Below, piece after piece: positions 41,589 through 53,922 of a stretch of 59,715 nt of DNA. The DNA is taken from assembly GCA_937889515.1 (NCBI GenBank), contig CALAOV010000175.1:1-59715 (forward strand), in the 5' to 3' direction. The DNA is from an uncultured Myxococcales bacterium. Its GTDB lineage: Bacteria > Myxococcota_A > Polyangia > Fen-1088. Position 1 is the first letter of the stretch. The number at the start of each line of letters is the position of its first letter. A program made the translations under genes and the position numbers. A model generated the notes under the pieces. It worked only from the letters and a program-made list of their open reading frames with translations. It was not told the origin of the DNA and searched no databases.

Positions 41589-42896
41589 ATGGCGGCGAAG
41601 CCCTTGCCACGCTGGCGTCTGGCGGCCCGCGCCGTCGGCATCGGCGCGCGCGTCGCCAAGCACTGGACGCGCCTGTGGTTCGGGCTGATCTTTCTGTGGC
41701 TGCGCTGGGCCGGGAAGGCGCGGCGGCGGGCCTGGCTGGGCCAGGTGGTGGTCGATCTCTTCCGTGAGCTCGGGGCCACCTTCATCAAGGTGGGGCAGAT
41801 CATGAGCACCCGCCCCGATCTGATCCCCGAGTACATCTCGCACGCGCTGGCCGAGCTGCAGGACCACGTGGGCCCGTTCTCGTTCGACGACGTCATCCGC
41901 ACCATCGAGGGGGATCTCCGGCGGCCCATGGCCAGCGTCTACGTCGAGTTCGCGCCGGTGCCGCTGGCGTCGGCGTCCGTCTCGCAGGTGCACAAGGCGC
42001 GCCTCCGCGACGGGCGCATCGTGGCGGTCAAGGTCCAGCGTCCGAACGTGGTCGAGCTCTGCACCTTCGATCTGGCGGTCATGCGCATCGGCGCCCGACT
42101 GCTCAACATCATTCCATCGTTCTCGACGCTGTCGCCGATCGACACCGTCGAGGAGTTCGGGCGCGCCGTGTTCGCGCAGCTCGACTTCCGGATCGAGGCC
42201 CGCAACAACCGGCGTTTCCGCGAAAACTTCCGCAACGAGCCCCAGGTGGTCTTCCCCGAGGTGATCGAGGCGCTCTCGACCGAACGGGTCCTCACCATGA
42301 GCTTCATCGAGGGGACCAAGATCCTCTCGACGCCCAACACGCGCTCGGACCCCAAGCGGGTGGCCCGCCTCGGCCTGGCCACGCTCATGAAGATGATCTT
42401 CGAGGACGGCTTCGTTCACGCCGATCTGCACCCGGGGAACATCTTCATCACGCCCGACGACAAGCTGGCGCTGCTCGACCTCGGCCTGGTGGGCGAGCTC
42501 GACGAGCCCCACCGCAAGGGCTTCGCGCGCTTCTTCGCCGCCTGGGCGCAACGGGACGGCGACGCCATGGCCCACATCATGTACGGGATGTCCGAAAGCG
42601 CCGGCGCGCCGCGCGATCCCGAGGCCTTCGAGCGCTACCGCGCCGCGATCATCGAATTCGTCGGGCGCTACTGGGGGAACCGCCTCGGGGAGGTGCAAGT
42701 CGGAAAGGTGCTGATCGACATGCTGGGGATCCTGCGCCGCCACCGGGTGCGGGTGAACCCCAGCTTCACGATCGTCAACATCGCGATCGCGGTCACCGAA
42801 GGGATCGGCAAGCAGCTCGATCCCGACCTCGACCTCATGAGCGCCGCTCTCCCCTATTTCCTCTCCCACCCCGTGGAAGGCGCCGGCCAGGCCTGA
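41589..42896 (+). CDS. ABC1/UbiB/AarF atypical kinase family protein
   Basis: LGATFIKVGQIMSTRPDL, ASASVSQVH, AVKVQRP, HADLHPGN, LDLG. Confidence 0.92.
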   Translation: MAAKPLPRWRLAARAVGIGARVAKHWTRLWFGLIFLWLRWAGKARRRAWLGQVVVDLFRELGATFIKVGQIMSTRPDLIPEYISHALAELQDHVGPFSFDDVIRTIEGDLRRPMASVYVEFAPVPLASASVSQVHKARLRDGRIVAVKVQRPNVVELCTFDLAVMRIGARLLNIIPSFSTLSPIDTVEEFGRAVFAQLDFRIEARNNRRFRENFRNEPQVVFPEVIEALSTERVLTMSFIEGTKILSTPNTRSDPKRVARLGLATLMKMIFEDGFVHADLHPGNIFITPDDKLALLDLGLVGELDEPHRKGFARFFAAWAQRDGDAMAHIMYGMSESAGAPRDPEAFERYRAAIIEFVGRYWGNRLGEVQVGKVLIDMLGILRRHRVRVNPSFTIVNIAIAVTEGIGKQLDPDLDLMSAALPYFLSHPVEGAGQA

Positions 42897-42918
42897 CACG
42901 GGTTGCGCCAGGCACCGC

Positions 42919-42983
42919 TTGAAGCGACCCCCTAAGACCGCGTAATATGCGGTCGTTAGCGTGCCACTATGACACGTTCGTCA
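42919..42983 (+). promoter_or_regulatory. Possible sigma70 promoter and downstream 14-bp palindrome ahead of the kinase operon
   Basis: TTGAAG (42919-42924), 18 nt, TAATAT (42943-42948); TGACA-CGTT-CGTCA at 42970-42983. Confidence 0.45.
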
Positions 42984-42993
42984 GGGTGAGCGG

Positions 42994-44841
<1,848 letters not shown>

Positions 44842-44869
44842 GCGGGCGTCAACTGATGGTCACGGACGA

Positions 44870-45802
44870 ATGACAGTGGGGCTCCTGGCGGCGCTGGCGG
44901 GCGCGCTCTTCGCCGCGGCGCCGTCCCGGCCGGCCGCGCACGTCACGCCGCGCGAGGCTTTCGACCGTGGGCGGACCGCCTTCGGGCGCGCGGAGTACAA
45001 GCGGGCGATCGAGATCCTGCATCCCCTCATCTATCCCGAGGTGCTGCTCGACAGCGAAGGGGAAGTGGTTCAGGCCCACCGCATGCTGGGGGTGGCCTAC
45101 CTGTTCCAGAGCCAACCCGACCAGGCCCGCCAGGAGTTCCACAAGCTGCTCGAGCTGCGTCCCGACTATCGTTTCGATCCGCTGATGGATCCGCAGCAGG
45201 TGGTGGACGCCTTCAACAGCGTCGTGAAGGACGAGGAGACCGAGATCGCGTCGTTCGAGGTGCGGCGCCGGCAGCGTGACCAGGAGCTGGCCGAGCACCG
45301 CCTGCGGGACGAACGCCTGCACATGCCCGTCACCACCATCGTCCGCTACGAACGGCATCCCTATCTGTTCAATTTCGTCCCCTTCGGCACCGGGCAGTTT
45401 CAGAACGGCCAGCGACGAAAAGGGTGGCTCTTCTTCGGCGGCGAGACGGCGCTGGCGGCGATCTCCGTGGGCGCCTTCGCGACGAACCTGGCGCTCTACG
45501 GCCTCAACCCACACCGCAAGTGCAACGTCGCCCAGCCGGCCGACGCCAACGGCCTGCCGCAGGCCTGTCCGCCCGACGCCATCGATCATTCGCAGGAAAA
45601 CACCTCCTCGGCGCTCACCCGCGTCCAGGTCGTGAGCGGGGCGCTGTTCTTCGCCGCGGCGATCTGGGGGGCCATCGACGCCGTCCGCCACTACCAGCGC
45701 GAGGTTCTTCTGCCGGATTCGGCGTCGGACACGGCTCCGGGCGCGCCTGCGGTCCGGATCGGACTTGCGCCCTTCGGCCTGGCGGGGTCTTTCAGCTTCT
45801 GA
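44870..45802 (+). CDS. Exported TPR protein with C-terminal membrane-associated domain
   Basis: Signal-like MTVGLLAALAGALFAAA; TPR helices (AFDRGRTAFGRAEYKRAIEIL; AHRMLGVAYLF...ARQEFHKLLELRPD); FVPFGTGQFQNG...KGWLF motif. Confidence 0.82.
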   Translation: MTVGLLAALAGALFAAAPSRPAAHVTPREAFDRGRTAFGRAEYKRAIEILHPLIYPEVLLDSEGEVVQAHRMLGVAYLFQSQPDQARQEFHKLLELRPDYRFDPLMDPQQVVDAFNSVVKDEETEIASFEVRRRQRDQELAEHRLRDERLHMPVTTIVRYERHPYLFNFVPFGTGQFQNGQRRKGWLFFGGETALAAISVGAFATNLALYGLNPHRKCNVAQPADANGLPQACPPDAIDHSQENTSSALTRVQVVSGALFFAAAIWGAIDAVRHYQREVLLPDSASDTAPGAPAVRIGLAPFGLAGSFSF

Positions 45803-45834
45803 TCGTTTTCGAGGGTGGAAAGGAAACCAGAGCA

Positions 45835-47673
<1,839 letters not shown>

Positions 47674-47762
47674 CGGGGACCGGGACCGGACGACCAGACT
47701 CACCAACCAGGACCAGGCGTGGCTTTTCCCCTATCGGCTTTCCGGGCGGTTTCCGCACCGGC

Positions 47763-47846
47763 TGACAGCAATGTCGGATCCGAGGCGAAGCCCTACCTGG
47801 GAAACCCGCACCGCGTGCGGCCTTCGCGGCTGGCACACTTGCTGCT
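47763..47846 (+). promoter_or_regulatory. Candidate sigma54 promoter with upstream palindrome
   Basis: TGGCAC-ACTTG-CTGC at 47831-47845 (exact GG-N10-GC spacing); TGACA-GCAA-TGTCG at 47763-47776. Confidence 0.45.
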
Positions 47847-48348
47847 GTTGTCTCTCTCCGTTCTACCCATGGTGTCGATGTCCGCTTGCATTATTCCGCT
47901 CGGTCCCGACTTTCAGGATCCCTCCGGCGCCCAGAACTACCCGCCGTACATCATCAGCGCAACGCCCGACTTCGATTCGATCGTTTCGACGCTCATGTTT
48001 TCGGTGACCATCACCGATCCCAACGTCGGCGACAATCTTCACGTCCGCTGGGTCGCCGACTATCCGAGCACGACCCAGGACTACCGCACGCTGATCCCGG
48101 ACAGCGTCCACGAGCATTCCGCCAACGGGGAGCTCCTGCACGCCACCGACCAGTTCAACCTCGACTGTGTTGCCGACAACCTCGCCATGACCTCCACGGG
48201 CCAGCATCGGATCGAGGCCATCGTCGCCGATCGCCCCTACCTGACGGATCCGGTCGACGGCAAGCTCGACGACGTCGAGTCGGGCGGTTACGTGACCCGC
48301 GCGACCTGGATCGTTCAAGTCGCCTGCACCTCGTCCCCGCAACCATGA
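47815..48348 (+). CDS. Lipoprotein, function unknown
   Basis: GTG start gives MRPSRLAHLLLLSLSVLPMVSMSAC (lipobox); Ig-like body NYPPYIISATP...FSVTITDPNVGDNL. ATGA-coupled to the next gene. Confidence 0.72.
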   Translation: MRPSRLAHLLLLSLSVLPMVSMSACIIPLGPDFQDPSGAQNYPPYIISATPDFDSIVSTLMFSVTITDPNVGDNLHVRWVADYPSTTQDYRTLIPDSVHEHSANGELLHATDQFNLDCVADNLAMTSTGQHRIEAIVADRPYLTDPVDGKLDDVESGGYVTRATWIVQVACTSSPQP

Positions 48349-50045
48349 AGTCGCCGCATCGCTTCGACGTCCTCCTCCTGGCGCTGGTCATTGCGGCCGG
48401 GGCGCCCTCCGGCTGTGCGGGGTCGAAGAGCGGCGCCGCCAACCTCACCGGATCCGGCGGTAGCAGCGGCATCGGCTGTCAGACCAGCGCCTGCGTCCCC
48501 GCGATCGCTACCCACGTGACCTGGGCCATCGAGATCGACCCCCCGGGCAGCGCTGCGGCCGCCCTCACCGAGCTGCCTGCGCAGGACGTGGGACCGGCGC
48601 CCCTCGTCCTATATTCCGTTTCGCAGGTCGCGGTCGACGCCACCTTCACCGGCGGCGCGAGTAGCCCCGTTCCAGCAACTGCGAACGTCGTCCTGACGGT
48701 GCCCCCGCTTATCGGGGGGCGGCCGGACCTGAGCTTCGAAGTGGCGGCGGAGTCCGACAAGGCCAGCGGGACGACCAGCGGGTCCCTGGAGCTACCCGCC
48801 GGCAGGATCGGCGGAATGGGGACGCTCCAGCTCGTCCCGCTTTCCCCCGCCGATCAACAGAGCCCACCGGCCGCCTTTGCGGTGCAGGTTGCTGCCGCCA
48901 TAGCGGAGCCGCTTCCGATGAGCTACGCGGCGATCGGGGGGACGCTGGTGTCGTCGCTTGGCACGGCGCCAACCGCTACCTTCGTCGCCCGGGCCTTCCA
49001 GGGCGGGACGCAGATCAGCAACGCGCCGCTCTCCGGGTCGGACGGAACGTTCCAGCTCTTGCTCGCCCCGATCCAGGCCGGCACGTCCGTCATCGTCGAG
49101 CTCACGCCCCAGAACCAGGGCGGTCCCGACCCCTGGTACACCTCGACCGCCGTTCTGCCGGGTGCGAACCTCGGCACGATCATGCTCCCGGCCTACAGCA
49201 ACCCGAACGTCTTCACCCTGCCGGTGGTTGGCGCCGACGACCCAACCGCGGCGGTGAGCGGCGCCTTCGTCCGCGCGCAGGCGATCCTCTTCTCGAGCGC
49301 CGCCGGTGCGACCGACTTCCTCCGCGCCGGAACCACCAGCGCGAATGGAACGGTTCCGCTGTCGCTGATTCCGGGGACGGCGACGACCCTCTTGGACTAC
49401 GACCTGACGGTGATCCCCCCGGCGAGCTCCCCGTACGCGACCCGCTGTATCATGGCGGTCGGGGTGAGCGTGGGAGGGACCGCGACGGCCCCCGTGACTC
49501 TGCCCGCGGTGGCGCTGCCCAGGCGTCCGGTCTTGACCGGCACGGTGACGAACTCGCTCGGGATCCCGGTCCCCTACGTCGCCGTCGCCGCGACCGCCGG
49601 ACCGGCACCGACCGGGGGCTGCTCGAGCACCCCGGCTGTCTCCTCGAACATCATCGCCGATGAGAACGGACATTTCAGCCTGCCGCTCGACCCCGGCAAC
49701 GATGTCGACCACCCTGCGGTCTATCAGCTCGACTACGATCCGCCGGCCGGCTCGTCGGCGCCCCGGCTCACCGAAGTGGCGGTCATGGTCCCGCCCGGCG
49801 TGGCAGAGTTCGAGCGCGATGTGACGCTTCCGACAGGCGCGCTGGTGCAGGGAACGGTCTACGCTCCCGGCTCGGGGGGCTTACCGCTGCCGTCTGCGAC
49901 GGTGCGCATCTTCGAGGTGCGATGCAGCGGTCAAGACGACTGCTTCGGTCCGGCGCGAACGCCGCCTTGGTTGCGCGGCCAGACGGCCACGGACGCCAAC
50001 GGGAGCTTCCGCGTGGTGGTCCCGGCTCCCGCCGCGGGCAACTAG
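48345..50045 (+). CDS. Lipoprotein with multiple carboxypeptidase-regulatory-like (Ig) domains
   Basis: Lipobox APSGC; repeated beta modules such as LTGTVTNSLGIPVPYVAV...ADENGHFSLPL and VQGTVY...ATDANGSFRVVV. Confidence 0.78.
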   Translation: MKSPHRFDVLLLALVIAAGAPSGCAGSKSGAANLTGSGGSSGIGCQTSACVPAIATHVTWAIEIDPPGSAAAALTELPAQDVGPAPLVLYSVSQVAVDATFTGGASSPVPATANVVLTVPPLIGGRPDLSFEVAAESDKASGTTSGSLELPAGRIGGMGTLQLVPLSPADQQSPPAAFAVQVAAAIAEPLPMSYAAIGGTLVSSLGTAPTATFVARAFQGGTQISNAPLSGSDGTFQLLLAPIQAGTSVIVELTPQNQGGPDPWYTSTAVLPGANLGTIMLPAYSNPNVFTLPVVGADDPTAAVSGAFVRAQAILFSSAAGATDFLRAGTTSANGTVPLSLIPGTATTLLDYDLTVIPPASSPYATRCIMAVGVSVGGTATAPVTLPAVALPRRPVLTGTVTNSLGIPVPYVAVAATAGPAPTGGCSSTPAVSSNIIADENGHFSLPLDPGNDVDHPAVYQLDYDPPAGSSAPRLTEVAVMVPPGVAEFERDVTLPTGALVQGTVYAPGSGGLPLPSATVRIFEVRCSGQDDCFGPARTPPWLRGQTATDANGSFRVVVPAPAAGN

Positions 50046-50108
50046 GTTCGGGGGCGATTTGGCGTTTGTCGCCGGATGGACCAACATACGGCGCGAGAGA
50101 AGAACGGC

Positions 50109-51062
50109 ATGACGCGGATGAGATTTTCGGTGGCGCTCGGCGCCACGCTGACGTTGCTGGCGGTCGCCTGCGGTCGCAGCGATCTCGATCAGCCGTTCGA
50201 CGCCGGCCCCGGCGGCTCGACCGGTAGCGGGGCGGGAGCCGGCGGAGCCAGTGGCACCGGCGGATCGGGCGCTGGCCTGGGGGGCGGCAAGGGCGGCTCC
50301 GGTGGCCAGGCCGGCGGTATCGGCGGCCATGCCGGTAGCGGCAGCGGCGGCAGCGGCGGGATTGGCGCCGTGGGGGGTGGAATGGCCGGTACGGGCGTCG
50401 GCGGTGTTGGCGGCCTCGGCGGTTTGGGCGTGGCGGGCAAGAAGGGGACGGCGGGTGTCGGCGGCACGACCGGCGTTGCCGGCACGAGCGGCGCGGCCGG
50501 CACGGCGGGGTCGGCCGGCACGACTGGCGTCGCTGGCACGACTGGCATCGCCGGCACGACCGGGGCGGCGGGCACGACCGGGGCGGCGGGCACGACCGGG
50601 GCGGCGGGAAGCAGCCAGGCAGGATCGACAGGATCGGCCGGCGCGGCCGGAAATGGCGACGGCGGACTGGCCGGCGCCGGTGGGCTCGGTGGCGCGGGCG
50701 GAATGGGTGGCGCGGGCGGAGCGCCGATTCCCATCACCTGCGGCCAGCAGACCTGCGCGCCCGGTGCCCAGACCTGCTGCATTCAGTTCGTCGGCGGCAT
50801 CTCCACCGAGACCTGCGTCCAGACCGGCACCTCCTGCCCGGGCGGCGCCAGCATCGGCTGTCTCGACGGATCGGCCTGCACGGGAGGGAATATCTGCTGC
50901 TTGAGCGTCTTCAGCGCCTCGACCGCCTGCGAATCGGCGCAAACCTGCGGGGGGAGCGCCGGCTTGGTGCTCTGTGCGGGAGACGCCGATTGCCCGACCT
51001 CGACGCCCCGTTGTTGCCGCGCGGGCCGCACGGGATTCTGCAGTCCCAGCCTTTGCTTCTAG
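50109..51062 (+). CDS. Gly-rich stalk lipoprotein with Cys-rich C-terminal head
   Basis: Lipobox LAVAC; long Gly/Ala/Thr low-complexity region; C-terminal CC-containing modules (CAPGAQTCC, CTGGNICC, CPTSTPRCC). Confidence 0.8.
   Translation: MTRMRFSVALGATLTLLAVACGRSDLDQPFDAGPGGSTGSGAGAGGASGTGGSGAGLGGGKGGSGGQAGGIGGHAGSGSGGSGGIGAVGGGMAGTGVGGVGGLGGLGVAGKKGTAGVGGTTGVAGTSGAAGTAGSAGTTGVAGTTGIAGTTGAAGTTGAAGTTGAAGSSQAGSTGSAGAAGNGDGGLAGAGGLGGAGGMGGAGGAPIPITCGQQTCAPGAQTCCIQFVGGISTETCVQTGTSCPGGASIGCLDGSACTGGNICCLSVFSASTACESAQTCGGSAGLVLCAGDADCPTSTPRCCRAGRTGFCSPSLCF
50445..50615 (+). repeat. Coding G-X-Y repeat tract with three exact 18-bp copies
   Basis: 19 consecutive G-X-Y triplets; GGCACGACCGGGGCGGCG three times at 50553-50606. 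Confidence 0.85.
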
Positions 51063-51127
51063 CGGCCCGAAGCGTCCGGGGGCGCGTCGGCGGCTCCAGG
51101 CGATCTGCCTTTATTTCAGGGTTGGAT

Positions 51128-51156
51128 TTGACACGCCCACGCGCGCCCCGTAGGTT
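51128..51156 (+). promoter_or_regulatory. Sigma70-type promoter of the helicase operon
   Basis: Consensus TTGACA, 17-nt spacer, TAGGTT; followed by the hairpin CCCCGG-CGCT-CCGGGG at 51166-51181. Confidence 0.65.
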
Positions 51157-51222
51157 CCGTGCACGCCCCGGCGCTCCGGGGACGAAGCACAGGCGGCGCT
51201 CCGCTGGTGCAGCACCCGTTTC

Positions 51223-51807
51223 ATGTCCTCTGAATCGCTAGCCTCCCCAGGTGAATATCGCCGCTACCGGCGCTTCTTGTCCTGGCTGGTGCTCTGTTTC
51301 GTCTCCCTGGGGAGCACCTATTTGCTGGTTTCGGTGGGCGTGACCATCTACCGCCGCCGCCACGCCGAGCCGCTGGGCGCGCCGGTCGGCGCCTCGACCG
51401 ACGATCTCGAGAGCTGCGCCGAGGAGCTGACCGACGTCGAGCAGGGGCTCGAGCGCCACCTCGACAACTTCAATCATTTGGTCGCCCACTACGATGCGGC
51501 CGAAGCGCAGCGCTGGGCCGAGGACCGCGACTTCTGGCTCGGCCAGTGGCGCGCCGCCGGCACCCGCTGCCAATACACCGATCCGCGCCGCGGACCGCTC
51601 GCCAAGGAATGGGAGCAGCTCGCGGTGATTCACACCGATCTCCGCGAGACGGAGCAGAGCTACACGAAGGAGTTGATTCGATTCGGCAAGAACGAGGCGC
51701 CCCGACTGGACTTGCTCCGGGATCGCCTCGAATCCGTCGGTCGCCGCATTGGCGCGAGCACGATGGGCACTACAACCTCACGAGATTCTGGAGACCCGAC
51801 ACCATGA
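51223..51807 (+). CDS. Single-pass membrane hypothetical protein
   Basis: TM FLSWLVLCFVSLGSTYLLVSVGVTIY, then a helical domain with two Cys; ATGA overlap with the helicase gene. Confidence 0.75.
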   Translation: MSSESLASPGEYRRYRRFLSWLVLCFVSLGSTYLLVSVGVTIYRRRHAEPLGAPVGASTDDLESCAEELTDVEQGLERHLDNFNHLVAHYDAAEAQRWAEDRDFWLGQWRAAGTRCQYTDPRRGPLAKEWEQLAVIHTDLRETEQSYTKELIRFGKNEAPRLDLLRDRLESVGRRIGASTMGTTTSRDSGDPTP

Positions 51808-53920
51808 ACGACGATCCCGCTTTCCAAACCCCACCCAGTCCCGATCTTTCTAGCGTTCCCACCCCGGCGCTGCCAGCCGACGTCCCGCTCCCCGCCGATC
51901 CCGGCGAGCCCCCGGCGCCCTCGATCTCGTTCGCGGATCTCGGGGTCCACCCCGACGTTCTCCGCGCCCTCACCGAGATGGGGTTCTCCAAGCCGATGAC
52001 CGTCCAGGCCACGACCTACCCGCTCATCACGGCCGGTCGCGACCTGATGGTCCAGTCGCGCACCGGCTCCGGCAAGACCGCCGCTTTCGGCATCCCGTTC
52101 GCCAACGGTCTCGTCAATCCCGACAACAAGTTCGTGCAGGCGATCGTGCTGCTCCCGACCCGCGAGCTGGCGCTGCAGGTCGCCTCGGAGCTGGCCAAGA
52201 TCTGCGCCTATCGCCAGCTCACCGTGGTGCCGGTCTACGGCGGCGCGCCGATGGGCCGACAGGTGGAGCAGCTCCACGCCGGTGGGCAGATCGTCTGCGG
52301 GACCCCGGGCCGCGTGCTCGACCATATCCGGCGCGGGACGCTCCGACTCGATCGGGTGCGCGCGGCGGTGCTCGACGAATGCGACGAGATGCTGTCGATG
52401 GGATTTCAGGAGGACATCGAAAAGATCCTGGAAGAGACGCCGGCCGAGCGGCAGACGTTGCTGTTCTCGGCGACGGTGCCGGAGGGGATCCAGCGCCTCT
52501 CCCGGCGGTTTCTGCGCAACCCCGAGTTCCTCAAGCTCTCCGCCGACTTCATCGGCGTGCACGAGATCAAGCACCTCTACTATTCGATCCCCGCCATCCA
52601 CCGGGAGAACGAGCTCCTGCAGATCCTGGCCTTCGAGGAGCCGACCTCCGCCATCATCTTCTGCAACACCCGCGAGGAGACCGGCCGGGTCGCCGAGTTT
52701 CTGCGCCAGCACGGTCACGACGCCGAGGCGATCTCGTCGGATCTGGCGCAGAGCGACCGCGAGCGGGTGCTGGGGCGGATGCGCGCGGGCGGCATCAAGT
52801 TCCTGGTGGCGACCGACGTCGCGGCGCGTGGCATCGACATCGAGAAGCTGTCGCACGTCTTCAACTACACCTTTCCCGAGGCGCCCGAGATCTACATTCA
52901 CCGCACCGGCCGCACCGGGCGGGCGGGACGTCAGGGGACCGCGGTCTCGCTGATCGGCCCCACCGAGGTCGGGTCGTTCTACTATCTTAAGCTCCTCTAC
53001 AAGATCAAACCCGACGAGCGAGCGTTGCCGTCGGAGGCGGAGATTCGCTCGCACCGTGAGGGCGAGCGCGTCCTGGTGCTGCGGCGGGCCTGGAAGGGAT
53101 GCCGGTCGTGCCGGTCGCCAAGCCAGCCCCGGCGCCGGTCGTGCCGTCGGCCCCGCGCGCGAGCAGCTCGTCGGACGCCCCACGCGGCGCCCCCTTCGAG
53201 TTGCGGGATCGCCCCCGCGATCGGCCGCGCTTCGGCGATCGCGATCGGGGGCGCCCCGAGCGCTCGGGACGACCCGAGCGGGGTCGCCGCGACGAGCGGC
53301 CCGCGCCGCGCTACGAAGGCTCGGCTCCCCGTTCCGAGGGCTCGACTCCGCGTTCCGAGGGCTCGACTCCGCGTTCCGAGGGCTCGGCTCCGCGTTCCGA
53401 GGGCTCCGTTCCGCGTTCCGAGGGCTCCGTTCCGCGCTCCGATCTGCGATCCCCGCGTCCCGAGCGGCGCGATCCGCCGCCGTTGCGGAACGACGCGCCG
53501 CCGGTCGAGCGCGAGTTCTGGGAGGTCTGGAGCGAAGAGCGCGCGCAGGCGGGTGATGTCGCGCCGGCGGCCACACCGGCCACGTCGGTGTCATCGATGG
53601 GCACGTCCCCCCCGTTGCCGGCGACCCCGGCGTCCGAGCGTCCGCCCGCCCCCTCTCGGGAATACGAGCCACCGCGCGGCGATGTCGCCCGGCTCTATCT
53701 CAATCTCGGACGCAAGGACGGCGCCTCCGATCGCGAGGTTCGCGATCTCCTGACGACGCACGCTGGGGCCGTCGAGGTGTCCGAGATCGACGTCATGAAC
53801 ACGCACACCTATCTGAACGTGGCGCCGGCCGACGCGGAGCGGATCGTGGCCGCGCTTACCGGCAAGGAGATCGGCGGGCGTCAGCTGGTCTGCGAGTCGG
53901 CCAAGCCGCGCCGTCGTTAG
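51804..53920 (+). pseudogene. DeaD/DbpA-like SF2 RNA helicase (DECD box), frameshifted between the core and the RNA-binding domain
   Basis: Core motifs SRTGSGKT, PTRELA, TPGRV, DECD, SAT, TDVAARGID, HRTGRTGR in the frame starting 51804. A DbpA-type RBD (LYLNLGRKDG...EIDVMNTHTYLNV) lies in the -1 frame (53099..53920). The break must lie between 53060 and 53099. An assembly error is possible. Confidence 0.8.
53318..53443 (+). repeat. Coding 21-bp tandem repeat (6 units) encoding GS[A/T/V]PRS[E/D]
   Basis: GGCTCGACTCCGCGTTCCGAG and variants, six contiguous units in the helicase linker. Confidence 0.9.
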
Positions 53921-53922
53921 TC

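Noticed and set aside
47674-47720. GGACC/ACCAG-rich degenerate short repeats after the activator gene
   Set aside because: Too short and irregular to distinguish from low-complexity GC-rich sequence.
53060-53099. Programmed -1 ribosomal frameshift in the helicase
   Set aside because: No canonical slippery heptamer or obvious stimulatory structure in the allowed interval; a deletion or assembly error is simpler.
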